Shown: positions 50,201 through 62,326 of the stretch, piece by piece
Position numbering within the stretch: position 1 is the stretch's first letter
Layout of the letters: the number at the start of each line of letters is the position of its first letter
NCBI GenBank assembly: GCA_013239625.1
Contig: MU053365.1
Coordinates: 248,001-312,000, forward strand
Direction: 5' to 3'
DNA from: Lama guanicoe
Taxonomy: Eukaryota
Length of the DNA: 64,000 bases
Program-made: the position numbers and the translations under genes
The notes under the pieces: generated by a model
What the model saw: only the letters and a program-made list of their open reading frames with translations
What the model was told of the DNA's origin: nothing
The model's database searches: none

Positions 50201-52765
50201 GTAGCCAACACAATTCCGAAAAAGAAGAACATAGTTGAAAGAGTCATATCACCCCATTACAAGACTTCCAATAAACTGACTGTAATCAAGGCAATGTGGT
50301 ATTGGTGAAAAATAGGCATATGGATGAAAGAAACAAAATAGACTAGAAGTAGACCCACATAATTAGAATCGACTGATTTTTTGACAAACGCACAAAGACA
50401 ATTTAATGCAGAAAGATTGTCTTTTCAACAAATGGTACTGGAGCAATTAGAGATACATCTGCAAAAAGCAAAACAGAAAACAAATGGACCTGGACTCAGA
50501 CTTCACACCCTCAACAGAAAAGAACTCAAAATGGATCAAACAGCTCGATGTAAACCACAGACCTTTGTTTTTGATAAGGAGCTGGGCCCATAATACAAGA
50601 CTTAAACTTCTAGAAGAAAACAGGATAAAATTTGCATGGTCTCAGGTTTGGTGATGAGTTTTTGCATATAACACCAAACATGTGATCTGTGAAATGAAGC
50701 ATGGGTAAGTTGGACTTCGATGACATTAAAACCCTTTGCTCTGTAAAAGACAGTCTTAAGAAAATCAGAAGATAAGCCCAGATTGATAAAAGAACGTATC
50801 CAAACTACACAGAGAACTCTTAAACCCCAACGATGAGAAAACAAACAACCTAATTTAAAATTGTGCAAAAGGTCTGAAGCAATACCTCACCAAACAAGAT
50901 GTACAGACAGCAAAGAAATCTATGAAGAGGAGCCCAGCGTCACTGCTCATTAAGGAATTTTAGATCCAAACAAGCTACCACTACACACATAGTAGGATGG
51001 CTGAAATCCAAAAAACCCAACAATACCAGTGCTGGTGAGGATGCAGAGCAACAGAAACTCTCATTTATTGCTGACGGGGGGCACACACAGTGGGAGAGCC
51101 ACTTTGGTAGACAGTTTGGCAGTTCCTTACAAAGCGAAACATAGTCTCAGCATACAATCCACAAATTGTGCTGCTCGGTATTTAGCCAACTGATTCGAAA
51201 CCTTATTTTACACAAAAAACCTGTAGATGAAAGTTTATTCAAAATCAGTTGAATAATGTTCATTTATGTAGTGTATGAACGTGTATTCATAATCACATGA
51301 AGAAAGCAGCTTTATTTATAATCACCCCAAAACTGGAAGCAACCAAGATTCCTTCAGGAGGTCAATGGGTCCACAAACTGTGGTACATCCAGACAATAGA
51401 ATACTATTCAGTGATAAAATGAATGTGCTATGAAGGAAACCAGCCTGAAAAGGGTACACACTGTGTGATTCCATTTCTACGACATTCTGGAAAAGACCAA
51501 ATAGAGACAGACAACAGATGAGTAGTGGCCAGAGGTGTGGGGAGGAGGTAGCAGTGAACAGGTAAAGCACAAGGGATTTCATAGTGGTGGATACACAGCA
51601 ATGTACATTGGTCAAAACCCACAGAAATTTACAGCCCAGAGTATGAATCTTTTTAAAAAAACCAATTGATAGATCACAAACCCCAACTGGCAGACCGTGA
51701 CTAAACAGTCTAACTATATTACAAATGTAGGACGCGACTTCACTGAAGGGGAGTGGAGGACAAAGTTGCTGACCTAAGTAACTTCGGAAGTGAGTGGAAA
51801 TGTTACATCTAAAGACAAAAGGAACTGTACGTAGCTCTGTATTCTAGTTGGTGAAGTTTCCCACTGTGCGGGTTAACAATTCTGAACTCACCGTTTACGT
51901 ACAATGGGCTTGAAAACAATAATAAATGGATTGCATGAGGTGGGAGCCAGGTTTCTCACTGTTGGAAGGAGAAGATACAGACAAACATGAAAGGGAGGCT
52001 GGAATGAACCCCGTGGTCCTGGACTAGAGTCAGAGACAACAGTATGAAGACGAACAAACAAGTCTCCCATACAGAAAAAGGCCAAATATTTTATATAGCT
52101 ACTACCCTCTCAAGGAGAGAGAGCATAACTCCTGACCCCTTAACTGTACGCTGTGCAGAGTGACTTCCTTCCAAAGAGGACAATATGACAAGGAGGAAAG
52201 AGTAGCTTTGCAGTATGGAAACCTGACAAACACAGTCTCAGCCGAGTGATCAGGCTCAACGTTAACAGTGAAAAGTCATGTTGATTGCACGTTCCCTTGA
52301 TATGATGGAATAAAAATGGCACTTTGCCTCTGTGATCTTCCTCCCCAGAACCCAGAACCCCAGTCTAATCATGAGAAAAATGTCAGCCAAATCCCAGCTG
52401 AGTGTCATTTGACAAAATACCTGACCGGTACTCCATAAAACTGTCAGTGCCATCAAGAACAAGGAAAGCCTGAGAAATGATTGCAGTGAAGAGCAACCTA
52501 AGGAACCATGACAACTCAGCATAATCCTATAGGGACTCTGGGACAGAAAAAGGTGAAAACTTAGGAAATCGGAATAAGATGTCGACTTCAGTAGTAATAA
52601 TGTATCGATAACAGTTCACTCGTTGTGACAAGTGTCTCATCCTAATGTAAGATGTTAACAATAGGAGAAAATTGATGTGGAATACCCAAGAACACTTGGT
52701 ACTATCTTTATAATTTCTCTGGAAATCTAAAACTATTCTAAAATTCAAAGTTTATTTAAAACACA
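47210..52765 (+). mobile_element. Composite old L1 block (L1MB/L1MC/L1MD-like pieces)
   Basis: ORF2 endonuclease peptide (LNIYAPNNRASKYMRQNLIEL), PCYWIRRLNILKM, several 3' ends (at about 48415 and 52760). Confidence 0.85.
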
Positions 52766-55140
52766 CCAAAGAAGCTAGTGTAACTGTGTTCCACATGTTC
52801 CAAAGTGGCTGTGACACCTTTAATCCTCATCTCTATTTTAGAGGTGAGACAACCAAGGCTTCGAGAGGTAAACCAGGTAGCCCAATGTGATGGAGCTTTG
52901 TACATGAGGAATTAGGACTTGAAAGTGCTCTGCGATTCCACAGCCCATGATTTTCCTCTCTCTTTCTGAATTAAAGGAAGCAGGTGGTAGAGCAATGCTA
53001 CTGGTATTGTAAGCCCTGTTTGCTTTGCATGTTAGGATTGTGAAATTGATGATTCTACTTCTGGTTGATTTTTTTTTTCTTTCTGGGTTTCATGATCTGG
53101 AAGCTGTCTGACAGATAACACTGGAAGAGTTAATATTTTTTGCACAGGATGAAATGTGTAGCCTTCTTCCTCTGCCCAGGGGAAGAGAACTGAATGGTGA
53201 TGTGAGCAAATCTACAAACTGAGATCTCTTCCAGGCTGGCTCAGGACCAAGAGGTAGGACCCAGAAGTTACCCTCTGAGACCCAGCTGAACCACTCTCCA
53301 TCCAGAAGGCACCTCCAGCTCCAAAATCGTCTCCTTCCCACATCTCATTACTCAATATAATCTTTTCAAAGGGAAAGGGGGTTCATGGCCCCAAAGTCTC
53401 TCTTCACTCCAAGTACTGAATATTTCCACTTATCACACATCTGTGACTCCTCCTCCCAGAAGAGAGGAAGGAATAAGAAAGGCAACATGGCTTCTCTCAG
53501 AACTTCTCTCCACTGTGTGTCCAACAAAGTCATATTCTTACCCGCCTCCTCTCCTCCAGGTCCTCAGCTGAGTTGAGGCGGAATGGAGGAAGAAGAGGTG
53601 GAGAAAGCCTCAAGCAGAGATTTGTCAAAGCAGGTGACTTGCCGGCGTCATTTTCCTCCTTCCCTTGGGAGACTCAGCAGAGGCTGCGTTACCACACCCC
53701 CATCCTCCTCCTCATTCCCATTTGCTACAGCGCTTAATGTGGTGCACCTTCCAATCACCCCTATGTACAGATGAATAAGCTAAGGCTCAGAGATGTCAAA
53801 TGACTTGTCCAAGGTCACACCACTAGTAAGCGGGATAGAATCCAGAATGCACCTAGAAGATATGCTAGCAGATGGGCAGAGGGCAGACAGCTGAAATAAA
53901 ATATGCCTTTTGGTCTCGATTGCCTCAATGAAGTAGAAACCCGGGAGGCAGTGGCTGTTGTAATGAGGTTTGGGTGAGTGAGGGAGCCAGCATGTGGAAG
54001 AGTCCACATGTCCGGGAGCATCCTTGTCAGCATCCTCCACAGCTCAGGTGTGCATGCAGGTGAGGCAGAGCGCAGTTGCGGGCGCGGACCCTTCAGGCCC
54101 ACGCACCTTCTGTCCCCAGTTCAAAAGACACAGGCGGAAGGCAATCATTCAAACCAGTTGTGTGACCCAGCCACCAGCTGATGGCTGTTTTTCACGGTTC
54201 AGGTGATTCTCTCGGCCCGTGTATGGACAGCCTGAGGCCAGGCCCCCAGGCCTGCAATTTTACAGGCCACTAAGTCAGTGTTGTCCTTAATGCCACAGGA
54301 AAGGAAGGAGAGGGGATTATTTCCTTTTTCAGCCTGAATTATACAGTGTGAACTGCTCACATTTGCCAGGCATGGCTGGTCCTCTGGCCTTGGTGGCCGG
54401 GGTTTGTCTCCACGAGTTGCAGGGCCGCTGTCAGCTCCCACACTCAACCTACCTGGGAAAGACTTCCGCCGCCTCCCCGCTAGGCAGTTTGCATTGTGAC
54501 ATATTTTATAACTGAAACGCCTGTTGGGGGGTCGAATACATTGCTTCCCTGTGCTGCACAACGCGATCGCTCTCCTGCACCGCATCGGCCGCCTACATTT
54601 GTTTTACCTGCCATGGACTCACGCGTCCATGGAAGCCTAGTAATTGGACTTAAAAGGTGATTGTGACATCTCAGCTGAGTTTTGCATTCCCTTCATGCTG
54701 GACAATTGCATTGCTGTTTAGTAGGTATTTAAATGGGAAAGGGTATCTATCAACGGAGGGCAAAAACATGTTGTGTGCTAATCTGGCCAGAGAAAATGTG
54801 GATTTTATGTTAATGTACACATACTTTATATACCTGTGAACAAGAGACAACTTTAAAAATACAATTTTATGGAAGTTGAAACTGTCCATCCATGCAGAAA
54901 CAATTTCTCATCTCAGGAAGGAAGAGCTATTAAGTATCCAGGTTGTGCCATGGACCCCAAGCAGCAAAGGGCCGGAGTATGACAGCCCGTCAGAGCCAAC
55001 TGGGCGAGCTTCTCACCTTGCTGCTGGGCCTCAGCCAGTGAGCATCTCCATGACCACCGTGATGGTCCAAAAAGCAGAGGCGCTTCCTGAGTTTCTTGGG
55101 TTGAGTAAGCCCTGCTGTTCTTTTCAGATCCATCAGAAGT

Positions 55141-55364
55141 GGGGAGGTCCTCCTAGCATCACCACCACAAAGAGAGACATCACCAACAAAAAGAATGGAG
55201 CTCTGTGGAAGGCAGAATACTGGGCCCCTAAGTTATCTATGTCCTAAATCCAGGGGAGGTCCTCCTAGCATCACCACCACAAAGAGAGACATCATCAACA
55301 AAAAGAATGGAGCTCTGTGGAAGGCAGAATACTGGGCCCCTAAGTTATCTATGTCCTAAATCCA
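55141..55364 (+). repeat. 112-bp tandem duplication, 2 copies, 1 mismatch
   Basis: 55141-55252 versus 55253-55364; only caccaac/catcaac differs. Confidence 0.95.
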
Positions 55365-55811
55365 GAACCTGTGAATAAGTTACCTTACACGGTGAAAGGG
55401 AATTTGCAAATATGATTAAGGTCAAAGACCTTGATCTTTAGATAGGGAGATGATCCCAGACTGACTCTATTCTAATCACACGAATCCTTAAAAGCAGAGA
55501 ACCTTTCCTGACTGTAGTCAGAAAGAGATGTCACAGTGGAGGAAGGGTCAAGGGGATGCAGTGTTGTTGACTTTGAGGAGGGAGGAATGGGCCATAAGCC
55601 ACGAAATGCAGACGGTCTCTAGAAGCTAGAAAGACCAAGGAAAGAGATTCTCCCTTAGAGACTCTGGCAAGGAACCCAGCCCTGCTAACACCTTGATCGT
55701 AGTGCAGTGAGACCCATGGCAGACCTCTGACCTCCAGAACTAATCAGATGATAAATTTCTATTGGTTTAAGCCACTAAACTTGTGGTAATGTAGCCATGC
55801 AAACCAATCCA
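55316..55811 (+). mobile_element. MLT1C/D MaLR solo LTR
   Basis: tgtggaaggcagaata...aagccactaaacttgtggtaat; perfect 5-bp TSD AGCTC (55311-55315, 55812-55816). Confidence 0.88.
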
Positions 55812-57331
55812 AGCTCAGATATTGGTCAGCGAGTACCTGGTCAGGAAGATTAGCTTCTCTGCTACGGAGGACAACGATGGCAGCATGAAGGGACAGAAGA
55901 CAATTCTAGAGTGAGTGAAGCGGAGTTCATCCTCGCCGCCAGGATTCTGTGCTGCGGACAGTGCCGAGGAAAGACTCCGGGCAAGCAGGCCTGCGCCCAG
56001 CTGCTTGTTCCCGCAGGGGCCGTCAGCACCAGCGCAGCTCCCCTCGCCCAGGTGGCTCGGAGGCCCTGCGCCTGCAGGAAGGGGAGAGGGAAACTCAGGG
56101 AGGGAGGGAGAGGGAGAGGCGGCAGCAGGAAGCTTGCACTGCCAGCTGGTTTGGGCGACATTCAGAATATTCGTGCTTGAAACCCCTTTTCAACAGAAAT
56201 TTGGAATTGTAGTGGCTTAGAGAATAACCTCACCTCCATCATTTCTTCCCATTTAGAATCGTTTCTAATGCCTTCCTTTCAAACTGCTGCCCAAAGTGGC
56301 TGACGGGCATACACGTGTAAGCACGTGCACGCACACACACACCCCATCACACATGCGTGCCCACGTGCCAAGCTGGATAAAGGCGATCTTTAGCTTTACC
56401 CTGTGAAGAACAGAATACTAATGTAAGAAGTCACCTGGCGCGTGGGCTTCATGCACTCTGTCTTTTTCTCTAATTTTGCCCAAAAAAAATCACATTAGAA
56501 TCTCTTTCCTAAGATGTTTGTATGTGTGCTTGGACTATTCATGCTCTAGTCACAGAGCCATCCTAATCTGATATGTAACAAGAGTCTAAAAGCTAATCAA
56601 TAATGAAACACAGGGATGCCTGCGGAGGTACCTGGGCCTCCTCGGAGAGGGAGCTACAACGGGAGAGTGAGTTTCCAAGGGCAGTTCCGACTTTATATTT
56701 ATTTTATGGTGATTCAACTCCATGTGTAATTCTTTGTATTGTCACTTCCAATTATTTTTGGAACAAAAACGCCAGGGAAATGAGTTACTCATTTCAAACA
56801 GCACATTCATATTTGATAAATAGCTTACAGATTAGAGAGAAGATGTTTACTGAAACCAGGATTCAAAGCTCTTTCCCGGGGATCAGACGAAAGCGCTCGA
56901 TGAAGGATGACAAATCTGCATGGCGCAGATCATCTGAAGCTCGCAGCGCAGGGCTGGGAAATAACATTAAGACGAGGCTTTCAGTGGGGTTCTGGCCAGA
57001 TGCGAGACCCTGGGGGGCCTGCAGCCATCTTCCAACTTCGGGTTCAGTAGCTCCGGGGAAGACAGAGCGGGCAGAGCTTCTTCTGGCTTGCAGGATGAGA
57101 GCCAACTTCCACCACCTTTACCGTCCCATCAGAAAATGCCTGGCTGCTCCCAGCATCCTGCCCCTTTCTTCCTGAGTCGCATTTCCTCTCCCATTTCTAT
57201 ACCAGGCCACAGCAGAGGTTTAGGAACCAATAGAATTATTTCTCTGTGTCCTGGGCTCTGGGTCCTGCAGAGTAGAAGTGAGAAGCTTCTTCTTACCTAC
57301 GTGCTTCTATTTGTTTATGTAGCTATTGGAC

Positions 57332-57693
57332 CGCCTTAGTCCATTCGGGGCCGCTATAACAAAATACCACAGACTGGGTGGTTTATAAACAGCAGAACTT
57401 TGTTTCTTATGATTCTGGAGGCTGGAAGTCCCAGATCAGTGTGCCATGGGGTCGCGTTCTGGGGAGAGCCCGCTTCTGAGTTACAGACTGCCGGCGGGTT
57501 ACATCTTCATGTGATGGAAGGGGCGAGGGATTTCCGGGCAGCCTCTTTTGTAAGAACCCCAGTTTCATTCTTAGGGGCTCCACCCTCATGACCTGATTAC
57601 CTCCCAAGGGCCCCACCTCTTAATTCCATTAGGTTGGGGGTTAGGATTTCAACATACGAATCTGGGGAGGAGACAAGCATTTAGACTGTAGCA
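57332..57693 (-). mobile_element. MLT1A-like MaLR LTR
   Basis: gctataacaaaataccacagactgggtgg...ccaccctcatgacctgattacctccc...catttagactgtagca. Confidence 0.85.
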
Positions 57694-57870
57694 TGAACTA
57701 TTTAACATAAATCTTGGCTGAAAAAAAAATGAGTATGCTGCATTCATTCATTCACTTATTCACCCAGGCCATGCAGACTCTCTCAGTGTTATGTTATACG
57801 CTGGGAGATGCACCAGGGACTGTGGCTCCACATCGTTTCCATAACTCATTTCAAAAATAATTCTTCTCCT

Positions 57871-57999
57871 GGGGGCTGGGGGTATAGTTCAGGTGCAGAG
57901 CGCATGCTTAGCATGCACAAGGTCCTGGGTTCAATCCCCAGTACCTCCATTAAAATAGATAAATTAAAAAAAAAACAAATTACCTCTCCCCCCTAAAAA
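57871..57999 (+). mobile_element. tRNA(Ala)-derived camelid SINE (vic-1-like)
   Basis: gggggtatagttcaggtgcagagcgcatgcttagcatgcacaaggtcctgggttcaatccccagtacctcc plus A-rich tail; degenerate TSD aaaaataattcttctcct / aaaaaattgcttttcct. Confidence 0.88.
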
Positions 58000-59794
58000 A
58001 ATTGCTTTTCCTGAATTTTTTTCTGTACCTCAACCTCAGCAGACCTCAGTTCACAAGCAGAGGGCCGTCTGTTTGGGCTGGGAAGGTGACTTCACAGCAG
58101 CGTCTCCGGCATCAGGGTCATTTGGCCGTTGGCGGATGGAAGCAGCTCCTGGAAGCTCATTCCAGCTGAGGTCTGGGGAAGGCAGCTGGAAGGCTTGGCC
58201 TCTGTGAGCCTCTACTTCATAGGGTTGTTTATGAGCATTGAGTGAGTAAATACACGTCAAGTGCTTAGATCTATGGCTGGCATGTGATAGATGCTTTGGG
58301 AATGAAAGATACTACTTAAAATTATTAGAAATGGTTAAGACCTGATATATTCCAGGTGCAGCCTGGAACCGAACAACTGCCCAGCTGGTCTGGGGAAGCC
58401 CTAGTAATTCTTTGAAGAGGGACTAAGCTCTAGCAGGTAAGGAAGGCATTCTGTCCTCGGTGGTCTGGCCGGTCAAGGCTGATCTGTTAACACCTGCACT
58501 GGCTCTAGGAGGGGTCCTTGGCTTTCCAGTCTTTCTATGGCTGAGTCCAAGCCAAGCAGCCTGGCAAATGCTATGGTGGGGGGAGGTGTGGTGCTTGAGG
58601 CCTAAAAGCTGATGCAGCAGAAATCTCTGGAAGGCCAAGGGCAGGTTCAGCCATGTTCCTGGGCGGTGCTGGCCTAGAACCCCGTAAGTCCCTGGGGTCT
58701 ACTTGCTGACTGACTGAACGATGTCCAAGCATAGCAATCACTGAAGACACTCCCCTTTTTCCCACCCAGGAAGTCTCGGCTATAAAAAGACTTCAGGAAG
58801 GTGGTTGAGCACTGCCTTTTTTGAGCACCAGATGGCAATGACAATAAGAGAAATAACAACAGCAGCAATGTGATGCGTGCCAGGTACTTAGCCCAGCTCT
58901 GGTCGTCTCCATATCTTACTGAGGAGCCGATTGAGACTCAGAGAAAATGAGTTTCTGCTGGCACACTGCCAGGACGTGCAAGGGCTGTGATTTGAATCCG
59001 GGGTGCTTGGACTCCAGAAGCCATCCTCTCAAACATGCATATTTACTGCCTTCCCCAATGGGACACGCCCTCGCTGAGAGCAGGGGCTCAGTCAGGGGTT
59101 CTCTCAAGACCTCGCCCAAGTGACTGCATGGTGACTGACAGCCTGGTCCCCAAAGGGGCTGGATGGAGCCCGCCCCCTCTGAGAACTGCAGAACCCACCG
59201 TCCCCACCCTGTGCCCCATTCATCCCAAAGACCTCGTCACCAGACACGGGTAGGGATCAAGGCTTGCTGGAGCCAAACGCTGGGGAACCCCAGGCTTCAC
59301 ACTGCGGAGCCCTTCTCTGCTTTTTAAGGGCTCTTATTCTTTAACAGGCAGCACAGACTATAGATTCCTCTTTTCCATTTAAGTGGGAAGACAATAGTGT
59401 CCATTTTTGAGGCCCATTACAAGACTCTGATGATCTGTATCTCGTGCAAAAGAAATACCGGGAGGGTTATTGAACACATCGATCATTATGCTGTGGCTGT
59501 GTCTTCCCAACTGAGCAGGTGGCATGTGATGTTGCTAATAATGTGCTAATATGGGGGGGGGGGAGCTTTTAGAAACAAAAGAAAGGGCAAAGTGGGAGTC
59601 ATTTGGGGATTCCAGGTGCATCTGTCTGCCATTTCCTGTTAAGCTTAGAAATCAAGGTAGCATCGGTATGGACAAAGATCCATTAGGAATCAGCAATGCT
59701 GCAGCCATTGCTTCAAATTGATGGCTTCGTATTTGATCAGGGCTGTAGCACAGCTGCCCTTGTGTATATGTATACTTAAAAAGACTGTGGTCAG

Positions 59795-60269
59795 TGTCAA
59801 CTGAAATAAATGCACAGCCTAAGAGTTGAGAGTTAAGTTTTATTCGGTGGACATTTCTGAGGAATCGAACCCCTTGGAGCCCAGGATGACAGCCTCCAGA
59901 TGGCTCTGAGGGACTGTTCCCAAGAGGTAAGGGAGGAGCCAGAATATATAGGAGTTTTACAACAAGACCAGGTAGTTGGAACAATAAAAGATTACTGTTA
60001 AAGAAAATCAGGCATCTTAAGTTAAAGAATTTAGCACTTTTCTATGTATGGGAATGAGCAACCATCTGGGCTCATTGAAACCATTCCTTTGACAAGCACC
60101 TAGCTGTCTAGGGCCAGTGTCCTGTCCTTCCACATTCTGAGTCCCCTCAGGGTGGCTGCAGAGGCCAGGCTGCCTGCTTGTCTTCACTGGGGGTCAGTGG
60201 CAGTGGCTGACGACTTGATGGCTTCAGCATTCTTTGTTGACTGATACGGCCTGCAGTAATGTTTGTTCA
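59795..60269 (-). mobile_element. ERV1-like LTR, same family as 25885-26368
   Basis: Colinear with the reverse complement of 25885-26368, with long identical stretches (ccagtgtcctgtccttccacattctgagtcccctcagggtggctgcagaggccaggctgcctgcttgtcttcactggggg). Confidence 0.9.
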
Positions 60270-60459
60270 TGTAAGAAACACATTAATATAGAATTTACCA
60301 TCTTTTTCCCATTGCTCACCCCTTGAGAGCATCCTATCACTAAACAAACCCTCACTTTACTTTCTTGAGCTCCACGTCTCATCTCTGAATTCTTTCTGCG
60401 ATGAGACAAGAACCTACTCCCGGTAAGAAAACCAGGGTTCCGGCCTCTCAGATGGAACA
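60270..60459 (+). mobile_element. Short LTR (190 bp) related to the 13280-13894 family
   Basis: tgtaag...ggaaca; ctgaattctttctgcgatgagacaagaac matches the 13280 LTR U5. Confidence 0.65.
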
Positions 60460-61480
60460 GTCAGCTTTCCCACCCATGACTGCCTCATGGGAAAGGACAG
60501 AATGTGACATTAAGTATTTTAAAGTCACTTAACCTACCTTCTCTCTTGCTTGTCAGAGGCAACATCAGCTTAGGAGTGAGGCTGGATTAGAATGCACTTC
60601 TCACAGTTCCTCCACAAGACTGCCAGAAAGACTGAGTCAGGAAATTCTTGGAAATAAGATTGGAAAAGATGTTTCTGTTCACTCTTCTGTGAGTATGAGA
60701 AACGATGACCATAATTCAGGTCATACCAGGAAGATTTAGTACCACACTCGTTTTCAAAGGGCCTTTCATTTTGTAAATCTTAATTGCAGGACTTTTCCCC
60801 CACTGGCCCCTGCCTATGTCTCTGTGATTTGAATGGAATCCATTCTTAGGCGGGGCATCCTCAGGCAAGGGCAGTTTTCCCTTCACAAATGTGGATCATT
60901 ACACAGAACGCAAAGCTGCCGAGAGATTACAAAAGTACAGTGGGAGTATTGGGAGTTTTCCGAACTTTTGCAGATTTATCCAAAATGAACCTTACTGTTT
61001 TTTTCAGTTCATCCACAGCTAATAAAAAAGAAATCAGCTGAAGTTATAATCCTGATGAGTCCCCCAAGAAGGAAGCCATCAAAGAGGACAAATCTTGAGG
61101 CATGTTTGTCTTTGGAAAACTGAATCTAAATAGAGGAAAACACTTATTTCTCTTTAGACAATGCCTTTCTGGTAAGCGGCCTTCCCAGCCTCAGTACGTG
61201 CAAACACCTGGCATTTACAGGCCTGAGAATTTTCTCTCATTTTAGAGTTGGGGCATAAGCAATGCTACCATGTGCTTTGAGGGATAGTATTAAGGTTGGA
61301 CTCTAAACTCTGAGTCAGCCTCAGAGACAGGATACACTTCAGCTCAGGACCCACTTCCCGAGGTCAAGGTTGCACCAGGATGGGCAGAGCCTAGTGCTTT
61401 CTCTAAACAGCACGTGGAAGCAAGGCAGTGCCACTCAAGTAGTGAAGGCCTGGATCCCCATCTCAGACCCATCACTTTCT

Positions 61481-61755
61481 TCTCTTTCTTTTTTATTGAA
61501 TTAAAGTTGGTTTACAATGTTGTGTTACTTTCTGGTGTACAGCATAGTGATTCAGTTATACATATATATTCTTTTTATATTCTTTTCCATTATAGCTTAT
61601 TACAAGGTATTGAATGTAGTTCCCTGTGCTGTACAGTAGGACTCTGTTGTTTATCTCTTTTGTATATAGTAGTGTGCACCTACAAATCCTGAACTCCCAC
61701 TTTATCCCTCCACCCCCTGTTTTCTTCCTGGTAATTGTAGATTTTGTTTTCTATG
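61481..61755 (-). mobile_element. L1 3' end
   Basis: 18-bp TSD tcagac(c/t)catcactttct at 61463-61480 and 61756-61773. Confidence 0.9.
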
Positions 61756-61971
61756 TCAGACTCATCACTTTCTGGCTGTGTTAATTAACTTCTAGGAGTC
61801 CCAGTTTTGTATAAAAAGAAAGTTCTTATACTACTAATAAGATCATCCATATTAATAAAAGCTGGGTAGTGAATGTTAGTTGAGTGCTTATTCTGATCTG
61901 GGCATTTTTCTTAATACTTCTCCTGTGGTGTATCATTGAATCGTCCCTGCACTACAATGAGGAAGGCAATG

Positions 61972-62051
61972 TTAAGTTGAATCATGCAAAATTACTGTTA
62001 TTTGGCTATTTCTGACCTACAGAATGGCAATTCCATATAGTCAATCTAATA
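61972..62051. mobile_element. MADE2-like mariner MITE inside a MIR
   Basis: About 80 bp with inverted ends ttaagttgaatcatg...catatagtcaatctaa. Confidence 0.7.
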
Positions 62052-62270
62052 TGGCCCATCTTACATGTGAGAAGACTGAGGCATTTAAAAGCAAAGTAAC
62101 TTGGACCCCAAACTCATGAGTTACAGAGGTAGTAGGAAGTGATATCTACCTCCTACTGCTGATTTTAGGATTAGATGAGATGGTACATGTAAAGCATTGA
62201 GCACAGTGCCCACCCACAGTAATGGCTGAATTAATAATAACTACTGTTACTGACAAATCTTTGCTGAGGA

Positions 62271-62326
62271 CAGGGCCAGCTACGTCATTTCTGAGGCCCA
62301 GTGCAAAATTAAAACATGAGGCCCCT
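62271..62326 (+). mobile_element. MER45A-like 5' part, interrupted by the young L1
   Basis: cagggccagctacgtcatttctgaggcccagtgcaaaattaaaacatgaggcccct. Confidence 0.65.

Noticed and set aside
57871..57950. tRNA-Ala-like gene
   Set aside because: A-rich tail and TSD identify it as a tRNA-derived SINE; the same applies to 35702-35789.
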